Of a stretch of 64,000 bases of DNA, positions 17,291-26,134 are shown in pieces. The stretch is taken from the NCBI GenBank assembly GCA_964383585.1, contig CAYLHQ010000013.1, forward strand, positions 16,944 to 80,943, read 5' to 3'. Numbering within the stretch: the first letter of the stretch is position 1; each line of letters starts with the position of its first letter. The position numbers and the translations under genes were made by a program. The notes below the pieces were generated by a model, which was not told the DNA's origin, made no database searches, and was given only the letters and a program-made list of their open reading frames with translations. This DNA comes from an uncultured Acidobacteriota bacterium. GTDB taxonomy: Bacteria > Acidobacteriota > Polarisedimenticolia > Polarisedimenticolales > DASRJG01.

Positions 17291-18681
17291 CGAGCGCTCT
17301 CCTGGACGATCCCTGCGATGGCGCGGAGGCGGCGGGCGAGTCCACGGCCGTGCGCGGCGCCGAGCCATGCGCGGAAGATCCGCTCTTCGCGGTCGCCGGG
17401 GGGGACGAGATGCCGGAGGGTTCGACCCTTCCTCACCGAGATCGTCTTCGAGGTCGTCATCGCGAGGAGTCCTTCCCCCCCGCGGGTCTTCCCGAAGCCG
17501 CTCCGCCCCCGGCCGCCGAAGGGGAGGCGCGGGTCGGCGGTCGGCACGATCAGATCGTTGATCGTCACCGACCCGGCGCGGATACGCCGGGCGATCGCGC
17601 GGGCCCGGCCCTCGTCTCCGAAGATCGAGGCCCCGAGGGCGTACGGGCACCGCGCGTCGGCCTCGATCGCCTCGTCGACCGAGCCGACGGGCACGAGCGA
17701 AAGGAACGGGGCGAAGACGTCCTCCCGGAGAAGGCGCATCGCGGGATTCGCGTCCGACAGCACCACCGGACGCATGGACGCGAGGACCCGTAACTCGCCG
17801 AAGACGAGGCGGGCGCCCCCGGCGACGGCCTCCCTCGCGCATTCGATCCCGAGGGCGGCGGCCCGGGGGTCGGCCGCGACCGCTCCCGCGCGCGAAAGTG
17901 CGGCGCCGAGACGTTCCTCGAGCGCGGCGAGCGATCGGGACGGAACGAAGACGCGTTTCGGGGCGATGCAGGTGGCGGCGCCGTTCCACCGCAGTCCGAA
18001 GGCGAGGCAGGAGGCGACGTGGGCGAGGTCGGCGTCCTCGAGGACGAAGACGGCGTCGCACCCCGAGGACTCCACGATCGCCGGAACGAGGCGGGAGGCG
18101 CAGCGTGCGAGGACCTCGCGGGCCGTGATGGCCGACCCCGTGAGCACGACGAGATCGGCCTCTTCGTCGATCGCGCGTCGGGCGGAGTCCGGATCCTCCG
18201 GCAGCACGCGGAGCGCCGCGGGGGGAAGACCCGCGTCGCGGAGCCACCCCTCGATCACCGCGGCCGCCGCCGTCCCCCCCGCTCCCGGCTTCCACAGGAC
18301 GTCGTTTCCCGCCGCGAGCGCCTGAAGCATCTGGACGCCCGGGAGGAAGAGAGGGTAATTCGAGGGGGCGATGACGAGGACCGTTCCATGGGGCTCGCGG
18401 ACGATTTCGGCGTGCACGCCCGCGAGCCAGGCGGGCCGGCCCCTTCGACCGAGCCGCCGGACGCGGAGGAGGTGCGGGGCCTCCCGTTCGAGGAATCGGA
18501 TCGCGTCGGCCAACGGGATGACCTCCGACGCGAGCGACTCCGCGTCGGCCGTGCGCGCGGGACGCCGCAACGCATCGATGAGGGGTCCCGGCTCGTCGGC
18601 GATCCGGCGGCGGAGTTTCGTCAGCACCGCAAGGCGCGCCGCCAGCGGCCGATCGGCCCAGCCGGACCGGCGCGCCTTCAC
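17287..18681 (-). CDS. aldehyde dehydrogenase family protein (carotenoid aldehyde dehydrogenase candidate)
   Basis: GTG start overlapping the stop of the upstream gene (GTGA). ALDH-like motifs ([16 protein letters not shown] with catalytic Cys context, REDVFAPF). Confidence 0.8.
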   Translation of the reverse strand: MKARRSGWADRPLAARLAVLTKLRRRIADEPGPLIDALRRPARTADAESLASEVIPLADAIRFLEREAPHLLRVRRLGRRGRPAWLAGVHAEIVREPHGTVLVIAPSNYPLFLPGVQMLQALAAGNDVLWKPGAGGTAAAAVIEGWLRDAGLPPAALRVLPEDPDSARRAIDEEADLVVLTGSAITAREVLARCASRLVPAIVESSGCDAVFVLEDADLAHVASCLAFGLRWNGAATCIAPKRVFVPSRSLAALEERLGAALSRAGAVAADPRAAALGIECAREAVAGGARLVFGELRVLASMRPVVLSDANPAMRLLREDVFAPFLSLVPVGSVDEAIEADARCPYALGASIFGDEGRARAIARRIRAGSVTINDLIVPTADPRLPFGGRGRSGFGKTRGGEGLLAMTTSKTISVRKGRTLRHLVPPGDREERIFRAWLGAAHGRGLARRLRAIAGIVQESAR

Positions 18682-20222
18682 ACCGCCTCGGCCAGATCCG
18701 GATGCGGCCGGACCGAGGAGACGATCTCGGCCCAACGGTTGTCGAGGCCCATGTCCTCGAGCAGGAGCCGGGACGAGATCCGCGCCGATTCGAAGATGAC
18801 GGGAAGCCCGCTTCCGGGATGGGTTCCCCCGCCGACGAGGTACATCCCGTCGAGATCCTCGAACCGGTTGTGGGGGCGCAGGTGGAGCATTTGACCGAGA
18901 TTGTGCGCCAGGTTGAACGTCGCGCCTTTGTGAATCTCGAAGGAGGCGTCCCAGTCGTCGGGGGTGATGCACCGCTCGAAGCGAACGCGCTCCTCGACCC
19001 CGGGGAATCCGAGCCGCTCGACCTGCCGGAGCACGACGGAGCGGAAACGCTCCTTCTCCTTCGCCCAGTCGACGTTGGGGTGCCGGTGGGTGACCGGGGC
19101 GAGGACATAGAGGGTCGACATCCCCGCGGGCGCCAGGGTGGGGTCGGTCACAGAGGCGTTCTGCACGTACACCGACGGGTCGTCGCTCAGGACGTGGCGA
19201 CGCTCGATGTCGTCGAGATTCCTCCGGTAGTCTTCCGCGATGTAGATGTTGTGGTGGTGGGGGGCGTCGTAGCGCCCCTCGATCCCCAGGTAGAGCATGA
19301 AGGTCGAGCACGAGAATTTCTTCCGGGCGATCTTCCGTTTCGTCCAGCGGCGCCGGAGAGAGTCGGGAACGAGCCGCTCCATCGCCCGCGCGAAGTCGGC
19401 GTTGACCACGAGCGAATCCAACGCGTATTCGCCGGCGGGGGTCCGCACGCCGACTGCGCGGCGGCTGCGGAAGACGATCTCCACGACCGGCTCCCCGAGA
19501 CGGATCTCCACCCCGAGACGCTCGGCACATCGCGCCATCGCGTCGGAGACGGCGTTGCATCCTCCCATCGGATGGTACACGCCGTGCTCGTATTCGAGGA
19601 AGGACAGAATCGTGAAAAGGCTCGGGCAGCGGAACGGGGACATTCCGAGGTACTTCGACTGGAAGGAAAAGGCGAGCCGGATCCGCGGGTCGGAGAAGTA
19701 GCGCGAGAGGTCGGAGTCGACGCTCTTCGTCGGCCGGAGCCAAGGGAGGGCGCCGAGGAGGGAGGGGTCGAGGAGGGCGGTCCACGAATCGAACGGCCGC
19801 TCGAGAATCGGCCGGAAAGCCTCGAGCTTCGCGCGGTTGTCGGAGAGGAACGCTCGGAACCTCGGGGCGTCCCCGGGCGCGATCGCGGCGATCTCCGCCT
19901 CCATCCGGGCCACGTCGGCGGTCGCGAGGATCTCCCCCCCTCCGCCGAACACGAGGCGGTACTGCGGGTCGAGACGCTTCATTGGCATCTCGTCCCGGAG
20001 ACGGAAGCCGCACGCCTCGAAGATCTCGTTGAGGATCCTGGGATAGAGAAAAAACGTCGGCCCGACATCGAACCGAAAGCCATCTTCCTCGATCGCCGAG
20101 GTCCGGCCGCCGACCCGTTCGTTCCTCTCGAGGACCGTCACGTCGAGCCCGGCGCGGGCGAGGAGCATCGCCGAAGCGAGACCCCCCGGACCGGCACCCA
20201 CCACGACAACTTTTTTCGCCAT
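18678..20222 (-). CDS. CrtI-family desaturase (CrtN/phytoene-dehydrosqualene desaturase-like)
   Basis: [15 protein letters not shown] Rossmann motif. [31 protein letters not shown] and [14 protein letters not shown] are typical of CrtI/CrtN. Confidence 0.88.
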   Translation of the reverse strand: MAKKVVVVGAGPGGLASAMLLARAGLDVTVLERNERVGGRTSAIEEDGFRFDVGPTFFLYPRILNEIFEACGFRLRDEMPMKRLDPQYRLVFGGGGEILATADVARMEAEIAAIAPGDAPRFRAFLSDNRAKLEAFRPILERPFDSWTALLDPSLLGALPWLRPTKSVDSDLSRYFSDPRIRLAFSFQSKYLGMSPFRCPSLFTILSFLEYEHGVYHPMGGCNAVSDAMARCAERLGVEIRLGEPVVEIVFRSRRAVGVRTPAGEYALDSLVVNADFARAMERLVPDSLRRRWTKRKIARKKFSCSTFMLYLGIEGRYDAPHHHNIYIAEDYRRNLDDIERRHVLSDDPSVYVQNASVTDPTLAPAGMSTLYVLAPVTHRHPNVDWAKEKERFRSVVLRQVERLGFPGVEERVRFERCITPDDWDASFEIHKGATFNLAHNLGQMLHLRPHNRFEDLDGMYLVGGGTHPGSGLPVIFESARISSRLLLEDMGLDNRWAEIVSSVRPHPDLAEAV

Positions 20223-20261
20223 CCGTCACCTCGCGGGGCCGAATACGGCCGGATGGTACAT

Positions 20262-20295
20262 CTGTCCAAAAGTTGTCGCAAGTCTGTCCAAGACA
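20262..20295. promoter_or_regulatory. candidate operator in the divergent carotenoid/HDAC promoter: CTGTCCAA direct repeat, 22-bp period
   Basis: CTGTCCAA occurs at 20262-20269 and 20284-20291. The second copy is part of the palindrome TGTCCAAGACA. The site lies in the lower-GC intergenic region between divergent genes. Confidence 0.3.
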
Positions 20296-20339
20296 TTTTT
20301 CGCGGCCTGTGAAATCATGTGGGGCGGAGCGATCGGCGC

Positions 20340-21239
20340 GTGAAAGCCTTCTACAGCGACACCTTCGTCCTCCCCCTCCCCGCCGGCCACAAGTTCCCGA
20401 TGGCGAAATACACCCGCCTCCGGGAGCGTCTCCTGCTCGAGGGAATCGTCGACGCCGTCCGGATGCACATCCCCGACGCGGCGACCGACCTCGAACTCCA
20501 TCGGGTCCACGACCCCGCCTACGTCGCGCGGGTCGTCGAGGGCCGGCTCGATCCCGCGGAGGTCCGGAGGATCGGCTTCCCGTGGTCCGAGGCGATGGTC
20601 GAGCGCTCGCGACGGTCGGCGGGGGCGACGCTCGCCGCCTGCCGCGCGGCCCTCGTCGACGGCCTCGGGATCAACCTCGCGGGCGGGACCCACCACGCCT
20701 TCGCCGACCGCGGCGAGGGATTCTGCGTCTTCAACGACGCGGCGGTGGCGGCGCGCGGGATGCAAGCGGAAGGGCGTGCGCGTCGCGCCGTCGTCCTCGA
20801 TTGCGACGTGCATCAGGGGAACGGAACCGCGGCGATCTTCCGTGGCGACGACACCGTCTTCACCTTCTCGATCCACGGCGCGGGAAACTTCCCGTACCGG
20901 AAGGAGAACAGCGACCTCGACATCGCCCTCCCCGACGGGACGGGGGACGACGCCTACCTGGAGGCGCTCGACCGCGGAATCGCCGCGTCGATCGAAAGCG
21001 CCCGCGCCGATCTCGCGATCTACCTCTCGGGGGCCGACCCGCACGAGGGGGACCGCTTCGGGCGGCTGAAGCTGACGAAGGACGGCCTCAGGGAACGGGA
21101 TCGCCGCGTGTTCGAGGCGTGCCGCCGCGCCGGACTCCCGGTCGCCGTCGCGATGGCGGGAGGGTACGGCAGGGAGGTCGAGGACACCGTCGATGTGCAC
21201 GTTGCGACGGTGGAAGAGGCGCTCGAACGTTTCGCGTAG
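20340..21239 (+). CDS. histone deacetylase-family amidohydrolase
   Basis: GGTHHAFADRGEGFCVFND and VLDCDVHQGNGT motifs. Start taken at GTG 20340 (MKAFYSD-type N-terminus); GTG 20319 is an alternative. Confidence 0.88.
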   Translation: MKAFYSDTFVLPLPAGHKFPMAKYTRLRERLLLEGIVDAVRMHIPDAATDLELHRVHDPAYVARVVEGRLDPAEVRRIGFPWSEAMVERSRRSAGATLAACRAALVDGLGINLAGGTHHAFADRGEGFCVFNDAAVAARGMQAEGRARRAVVLDCDVHQGNGTAAIFRGDDTVFTFSIHGAGNFPYRKENSDLDIALPDGTGDDAYLEALDRGIAASIESARADLAIYLSGADPHEGDRFGRLKLTKDGLRERDRRVFEACRRAGLPVAVAMAGGYGREVEDTVDVHVATVEEALERFA

Positions 21240-21368
21240 TCCGGGCCGGTGCCGGGTTCTTGCTGCGACGGCATTTCTCGCCACGTCGCCTTTCCCCGCA
21301 CCGGTTCCCACGTATATTCCGCGCGATCCGTGGGGGATCCGCACGGTTCCGTGCGTGAGGGATGCACC

Positions 21369-23051
21369 ATGCGGTGGGTGCGGGTGGCCGCGTTCGCGGC
21401 CACGCTCGGGGTCTTGCTCCTGCATGCGTGGCACTACGCCTTCCTGACGGACGACGCGTTCATCTCCTTCCGTTACGCCCGCAACCTCGCCACGGGGCAC
21501 GGCCTCGTCTTCAACCCCGGGCTCGAGCCGGTCGAGGGGTACACGAACTTCCTCTGGGTCCTGATCCTCGCCGGATTCCGATGGTGGGGAGCCGCGCCCG
21601 AGGTCGTTGCCCCCGTTCTCTCGCTCGCGCTGACCGTCGTCCTGTGGATCCTCGTCGCGCGACGGTCCCTCGCCATCGCGGGTCCCCGCGAGCCCGCGTG
21701 GGTCGTCTTCCTGCCGTGCGCCTTCCTGGCCGCGACTCGAAGCGTCGCCGTATGGTCGAGCGGCGGTCTGGAAACGCGCCTCTTCGAGGTGCTGGTGGTG
21801 GCGGGGACCTTCCGCGTCCTCGCCGAGATCGAGTCGGACCGCCTCCGGACGTGGGCTTCGGGGGGCCTCTTCGCGCTCGCCTCCCTCACGAGGCCGGACG
21901 GCATCCTCGTCGGGGGATCGGTGCTCGCGGTCGCGGCCCTCTGGACGATGCGCCGCGGTCGCTTCGTCGCGCGGCAGTGGATCGTGCGCACCGCCGCCTT
22001 CTTCGTCCCCGTCGCGGCCCATCTCCTCTTCCGGCTCGCCTACTACGGCGACTGGGTTCCCAATACCTGGCACGCCAAGGTCGGGGGGAGGGTGTGGTGG
22101 GACATGGGCTTCACGTACTTGGGAGCGTTCGCCCTCGAGTACGGGCTCGTCTTCCTTGCACCGCTCGTCGGTCTCGGAGTCGCGAGTTGCCTTCGGAAAG
22201 GCGACGGGATCGTTCCCCTTGCCTACGCCGCCGTCGCTCTTCCGCATGCCCTCCACGTCGCTGCGGTCGGAGGCGACCACTTCGAGTACCGGCCGCTCGA
22301 CCTCTACTTCCCGTTCTTGTTCCTGCTCGCCACCGACGGCGTGCGGGAGGGGGTCGAGAGGACGAGGCGGACCTGGCCCTCCCTCGTCCTCGCGACCGCC
22401 GGGTTCGCCGGCCTCGTCTGGATCCCGCTCCAGTCGCACCTCCAGTACCCGACCGACCGATACCGTCCGACCTTCCCCGGGGGGGACACCGACGACGGTG
22501 CCGTCGAGCGTTACCTCGACCCCGCGCGCGACCCGGTGTTGCGTCTTCCGGGGCTCCGCCGGGCGGCGGAGCTTCACCGAGGTTGGTTGCGCTTGTTGAC
22601 CCAACATGCGGTCGGAATCCGGCAGGAGGACCACCGAGGATTCACGGCATCGGTCGTTCCGGAAGGGAAGAGGATCGCGGACCTGATCCGCGTCGGCCGG
22701 TTCCCGAGGGACGTCCCGATCGTGCTCACCTCCGTAGGGGCGATCCCGTATTACACCGATCTTCCGACGATCGACCGCGCGGGGCTCACCGACGCGACGG
22801 TCGCGCGGGCCCCGATCGCGGGGGGGGTCCGGGGGATGGCGCACGACTTCAGAAACGTCGGGGACTACGTGCGTCGGCGAGGGGCGGTCCTGTCCGCGGT
22901 CACCGCGGGCCATCTCCTCTTTCGCGCCGACGACCCCGATCTCGTCACGGTTCTCGCCTCCGCGATCGGCGCCGAGATCGTCCCCGCGTGGGCGGAGATC
23001 GCGCCGGGGGAGATCCTCCTCGCGCACCTTCCCTCGGGGATCGAAGCGGCG
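21369..23051 (+). CDS. GT-C-type polytopic membrane glycosyltransferase-like protein (arabinofuranosyltransferase-like); 3' end unresolved
   Basis: N-terminal AFLTDDAFISFRYARNLATGHG motif and many TM segments. This frame has no stop until 24437, but loses coding character near 23060, where coding signal moves to the +1 frame. Confidence 0.65.
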
Positions 23052-23052
23052 C

Positions 23053-23427
23053 GTGCCCGGCTCCCCGGGATCGCGCCGCGAGATTTCGGAGCCCGGAGCG
23101 CTCGACGCGCTCCTCGCGCGCGCCGATCTCGCGCTCCGTGCGCGGATCGACTCGTCGGCCGCGGACCTCGACGCGCGCATCGCGCTCGGCCAAGTGCTTC
23201 TCCTCACCTCCGATCCGGCGGAAGCGGCGCAGGTCTTCGACCGGGTGCTCCTCCCCGCCCCCGACCGGATCTCCGCGTGGGCCGGGCTCTCGGGGGCGCG
23301 ATTCGGGCTCGGCGATCGCGCGGGGGCTCTCGCCGCGGCCGACCGCGCCCTCGCTCTCGCCCGCAGGCGGGGCGCCGGCCGGATCCTGACGGACCTCGAG
23401 CGGGCACGGAGACGGATCCTCGGGTAG
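23053..23427 (+). CDS. TPR-like helical repeat ORF, probably the frameshifted C-terminus of the preceding glycosyltransferase
   Basis: High third-position GC. TPR-like sequence ALDALLARADLALRA...DARIALGQVLLLTSDPAEAAQVFDRVL. GTG start only. Confidence 0.5.
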   Translation: MPGSPGSRREISEPGALDALLARADLALRARIDSSAADLDARIALGQVLLLTSDPAEAAQVFDRVLLPAPDRISAWAGLSGARFGLGDRAGALAAADRALALARRRGAGRILTDLERARRRILG

Positions 23428-23489
23428 GTCCCCGCGGTTGCGGGGGCTCGGGCTCCTCGGATACAAGGGGGCTCTTTCGGGGGTCCGTC

Positions 23490-24437
23490 TTGATCCGATC
23501 CGGCGCCCACAGCAGCTACCCGAGGAACGACGAAGGCCCCCTCGATCGGGACGCGGCGGATCGTGCCGCGCAGGTCGCGGTCGCGGAACAGAGCCGCGCC
23601 TTCGTCGACATCGTCACGGACGGACTCGTCCGCGGGGAGGGACTGGTCGCCCGGTTCGCCGCTCGCCTCGACGGCGTCGAGCCGGGGCCGGCGATCCCCT
23701 GGTTCTCGATCGGGGCGCACGACTGCGCGCCGGTCGTGACCGGACCGATCCGCCGGAGAGGCCCCGTTCTCCTCGAGGAGTACCGCGTCGCCGCGCAGGT
23801 CGGTCCCAAGGCCCTCAAGATGGTCTTTCCGGGTCCGGTCACGTTCGCGAGGCTCGCCGAACGGCGAAGCGGCGTCCCCCTCGAGGCGGTCGCGAGGGAT
23901 CTCGCCGCCGCGCTCGCGGAGGAGGTGTCCGACCTCGCGGCCGCGGGCTGCCGGATTTTCCATCTCGAAGAGCCGGGGGTCTGCGTATGGCCCGAACTCC
24001 TTCCCCTCGCCGCGGAGACGGCGGCGACCGTCTTCGGCGCCGCCCCGGGCGGAGCGACGACGATCTTCTCGACTTCGTTCGGCGATCTCGCCCACGCGAA
24101 GGAGACGGTCGGCGACCTTCCGGGGACCCATGTCGGCCTCGATCTCGTCGAAGGGTCCGGCAACTGGGATCTCCTCCCCGAGGTCCCGGCGAGGAAGGGG
24201 CTCGTCCTCGGGCTCTTCGACGCGCGGTCGGCGACGGTCGAGGATCCCGACGACGTCCTCCGCCGTCTGACCCCGTACCGCGAGGCCTTGACGGCGCACG
24301 ACGTGATCGTCGGCTCGCACGCGGGGCTCGCAGGCCTCACGAGGGACGCCGCCTTCGAACACCTCCTGCACGCCCGCTATCTGGTCGAGGGGTTCTCCCG
24401 CGAGTGGGGGTGGGGTCCGGGAGCGCGACGGCGGTGA
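23490..24437 (+). CDS. cobalamin-independent methionine synthase (MetE C-terminal-like) family protein
   Basis: TTG start giving (M)IRSGAHSSYPR, followed by FVDIVTDGLVRGEG, VFPGPVTFARL and IFHLEEPG, typical of the MetE-like/URO-D-like family. Confidence 0.7.
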   Translation: MIRSGAHSSYPRNDEGPLDRDAADRAAQVAVAEQSRAFVDIVTDGLVRGEGLVARFAARLDGVEPGPAIPWFSIGAHDCAPVVTGPIRRRGPVLLEEYRVAAQVGPKALKMVFPGPVTFARLAERRSGVPLEAVARDLAAALAEEVSDLAAAGCRIFHLEEPGVCVWPELLPLAAETAATVFGAAPGGATTIFSTSFGDLAHAKETVGDLPGTHVGLDLVEGSGNWDLLPEVPARKGLVLGLFDARSATVEDPDDVLRRLTPYREALTAHDVIVGSHAGLAGLTRDAAFEHLLHARYLVEGFSREWGWGPGARRR

Positions 24438-25357
24438 CGGATCCGCGCTCTTCCGCCACCGTCCGCGCCGCGGCTCTTTCGGTCCTCGTCGCGATCCTCG
24501 TCCTCCTCTTCAAGGGGGCGGCCTGGATCCTCACGGGATCGGTCGCGCTCTACTCCGACGCGATGGAGTCCGTCGTGAACGTCGTCGCTGCGACCGCGGT
24601 GTGGGCGGCCCTGCGTTACGCCTCTCGGAAGCCCGACGAGAACCATCCGTACGGGCACGCGAAGGTCGAGTACCTCTCGGCGGTGCTCGAGGGGGTGCTG
24701 ATCGTCCTGGCCGCGGTCGCGATCCTGCGCGAGGCGGTTCCTCGCTTCGTGCTCCCGAAGCCGGCCGATCTCACGGGGATGGCGGTCGCGGCGTCGTTCG
24801 TCGCCTCCGGCCTCAACGCCGCGCTCGCCTGGTTCCTCGTGCGGTCGGGGCGCCTCCACCGATCTCCCGCCCTCGTCGCCGACGGCAGGCACGTGTTCTC
24901 GGACGTCGTGACCTCGCTCGGCGTCCTGATCGGGATCGGGGTCGCGTGGGCGACCGGGTTCTGGATCCTCGACCCGATTCTGGCCGGGTTGGTCGCCCTC
25001 TACGTCGTCTGGCTCGGGTGGAAGCTGATCCGGGGGTCGGTCGGCGGCCTGATGGACGAGGGGCTCGATCCCGGGGCGCTCGATGGGCTTCGGAAGAGGC
25101 TCGAGTCGTCGATGGAAGGGGCGATCGAGATCCACGACCTCCGGACCCGGCGGGCGGGGTGGAGCACCTTCGTCGAGTTCCATTTGATCGTTCCCGCCGG
25201 CATGAGCGTGGAGGACGCGCACCGGATCTGCGACCGCCTGGAGGCGGCGGTCGAGCGGGAGGTGCCGGGCGCAGAGGCCGCGATTCACGTCGAGCCGGAG
25301 GGGGAGGCCGGGCAGGGGCGTTTCATCATCGCCCCCCACGGGGAGGGGACCCGGTGA
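24434..25357 (+). CDS. cation diffusion facilitator (CDF) metal efflux transporter
   Basis: GTGA overlap start. LYSDAMESVVN and HVFSDVVTS motifs. C-terminal cytoplasmic domain IHDLRTRRAG...VEFHL. Confidence 0.88.
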   Translation: MTDPRSSATVRAAALSVLVAILVLLFKGAAWILTGSVALYSDAMESVVNVVAATAVWAALRYASRKPDENHPYGHAKVEYLSAVLEGVLIVLAAVAILREAVPRFVLPKPADLTGMAVAASFVASGLNAALAWFLVRSGRLHRSPALVADGRHVFSDVVTSLGVLIGIGVAWATGFWILDPILAGLVALYVVWLGWKLIRGSVGGLMDEGLDPGALDGLRKRLESSMEGAIEIHDLRTRRAGWSTFVEFHLIVPAGMSVEDAHRICDRLEAAVEREVPGAEAAIHVEPEGEAGQGRFIIAPHGEGTR

Positions 25358-26127
25358 GCGCCCTGGCGGACCGTTTCGAAGCCGCGCCGCTGGTCTGGCA
25401 GGTGTTCGGGGCGGCTCTGGGAACGGCGCTCGCGACCGGTCTCGGTGCGATCCCCTTCGCGTTCATGCGCAGGCTCTCCCTTCGATGGCAGGGGATCCTC
25501 GCGGCGGCCGCGGGCGGGATGATGATCTCGGCGTCGGTCTTCGCCCTCGCGGAGCAAGCGCTCCGGCGCGGCGCGTCGTGGGAAGTCGCGGGCGGGATGC
25601 TGATCGGCGCCGCCTTCTTCGCATGGACGGCGCGTCTCGTGGGGGATCAGGAGATCCGGGTCGCGGGGCTCGCGACCGACGAGTCGCGGAGGGCGGTCCT
25701 CATCATCCTCGCGATGTTCATCCACTCGATCCCGGAGGGGGTTGCGATCGGCGTCGGGTACGCGACGGGGGAAATCCGCTTCGGGTTTCTCCTCGCCCTC
25801 GCGATCGCGGTCCACAACGTTCCCGAAGGGATGGCGGTCACCCTCCCTCTGCGCTCTCGGGGGGTGTCGCTCTGGGTCTGCGCCGGCTACGCGATCCTGA
25901 CGAGCATGCCGCAGCCGATTTTCGCGGTCCCTTCGTTCCTGCTCGTTCAGTGGTTCCAGCCGCTCCTCCCCTCGGGGCTCGGGTTCGCGGGGGGGGCGAT
26001 GATCTACCTGGTCGTCGCGGAACTCGTTCCCGAGGGGCTCGAGCACGCCTCGAGGAAGGCGACGGCGTGGGCCTTCCTCCTCGGTCTTCTCGCGATGCTC
26101 ATGATGACGGCGGGGGTCGGGTTGTGA
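25354..26127 (+). CDS. ZIP-family metal transporter (ZupT-like)
   Basis: GTGA overlap start. HSIPEGVAIG and HNVPEGMAV motifs. Confidence 0.88.
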   Translation: MSALADRFEAAPLVWQVFGAALGTALATGLGAIPFAFMRRLSLRWQGILAAAAGGMMISASVFALAEQALRRGASWEVAGGMLIGAAFFAWTARLVGDQEIRVAGLATDESRRAVLIILAMFIHSIPEGVAIGVGYATGEIRFGFLLALAIAVHNVPEGMAVTLPLRSRGVSLWVCAGYAILTSMPQPIFAVPSFLLVQWFQPLLPSGLGFAGGAMIYLVVAELVPEGLEHASRKATAWAFLLGLLAMLMMTAGVGL

Positions 26128-26134
26128 TGTCGGG

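Noticed and set aside
11777-18325. Giant ORFs in the six-frame track: 2182 aa at 11777..18325, and likewise 8315..11767, 20226..24371, 17287..20229 and 15770..19108 at full length.
   Set aside because: Their translations are Arg/Gly/Pro/Asp-rich low-complexity sequence. They run antisense to, or out of frame with, genes that have clear family motifs. Stop-codon scarcity in very GC-rich DNA explains them. Only the motif-bearing sub-segments were kept.
19636-19647. 12-nt exact match GGGGACATTCCG to the repeat-family terminus, inside the CrtN-like gene.
   Set aside because: On the coding strand it spells the conserved CrtI-family motif LGMSPF. The reading frame is intact and there is no partner arm or AT-rich tract. 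It is most likely coincidence, but worth remembering when doing genome-wide motif counts.
21249-24437. Single 1062-aa fusion protein (glycosyltransferase + MetE-like), as suggested by the uninterrupted ORF.
   Set aside because: The middle about 430 nt of that frame is non-coding-like, while the +1 frame there is coding-like. The MetE-like part has its own plausible TTG start with a typical family N-terminus.
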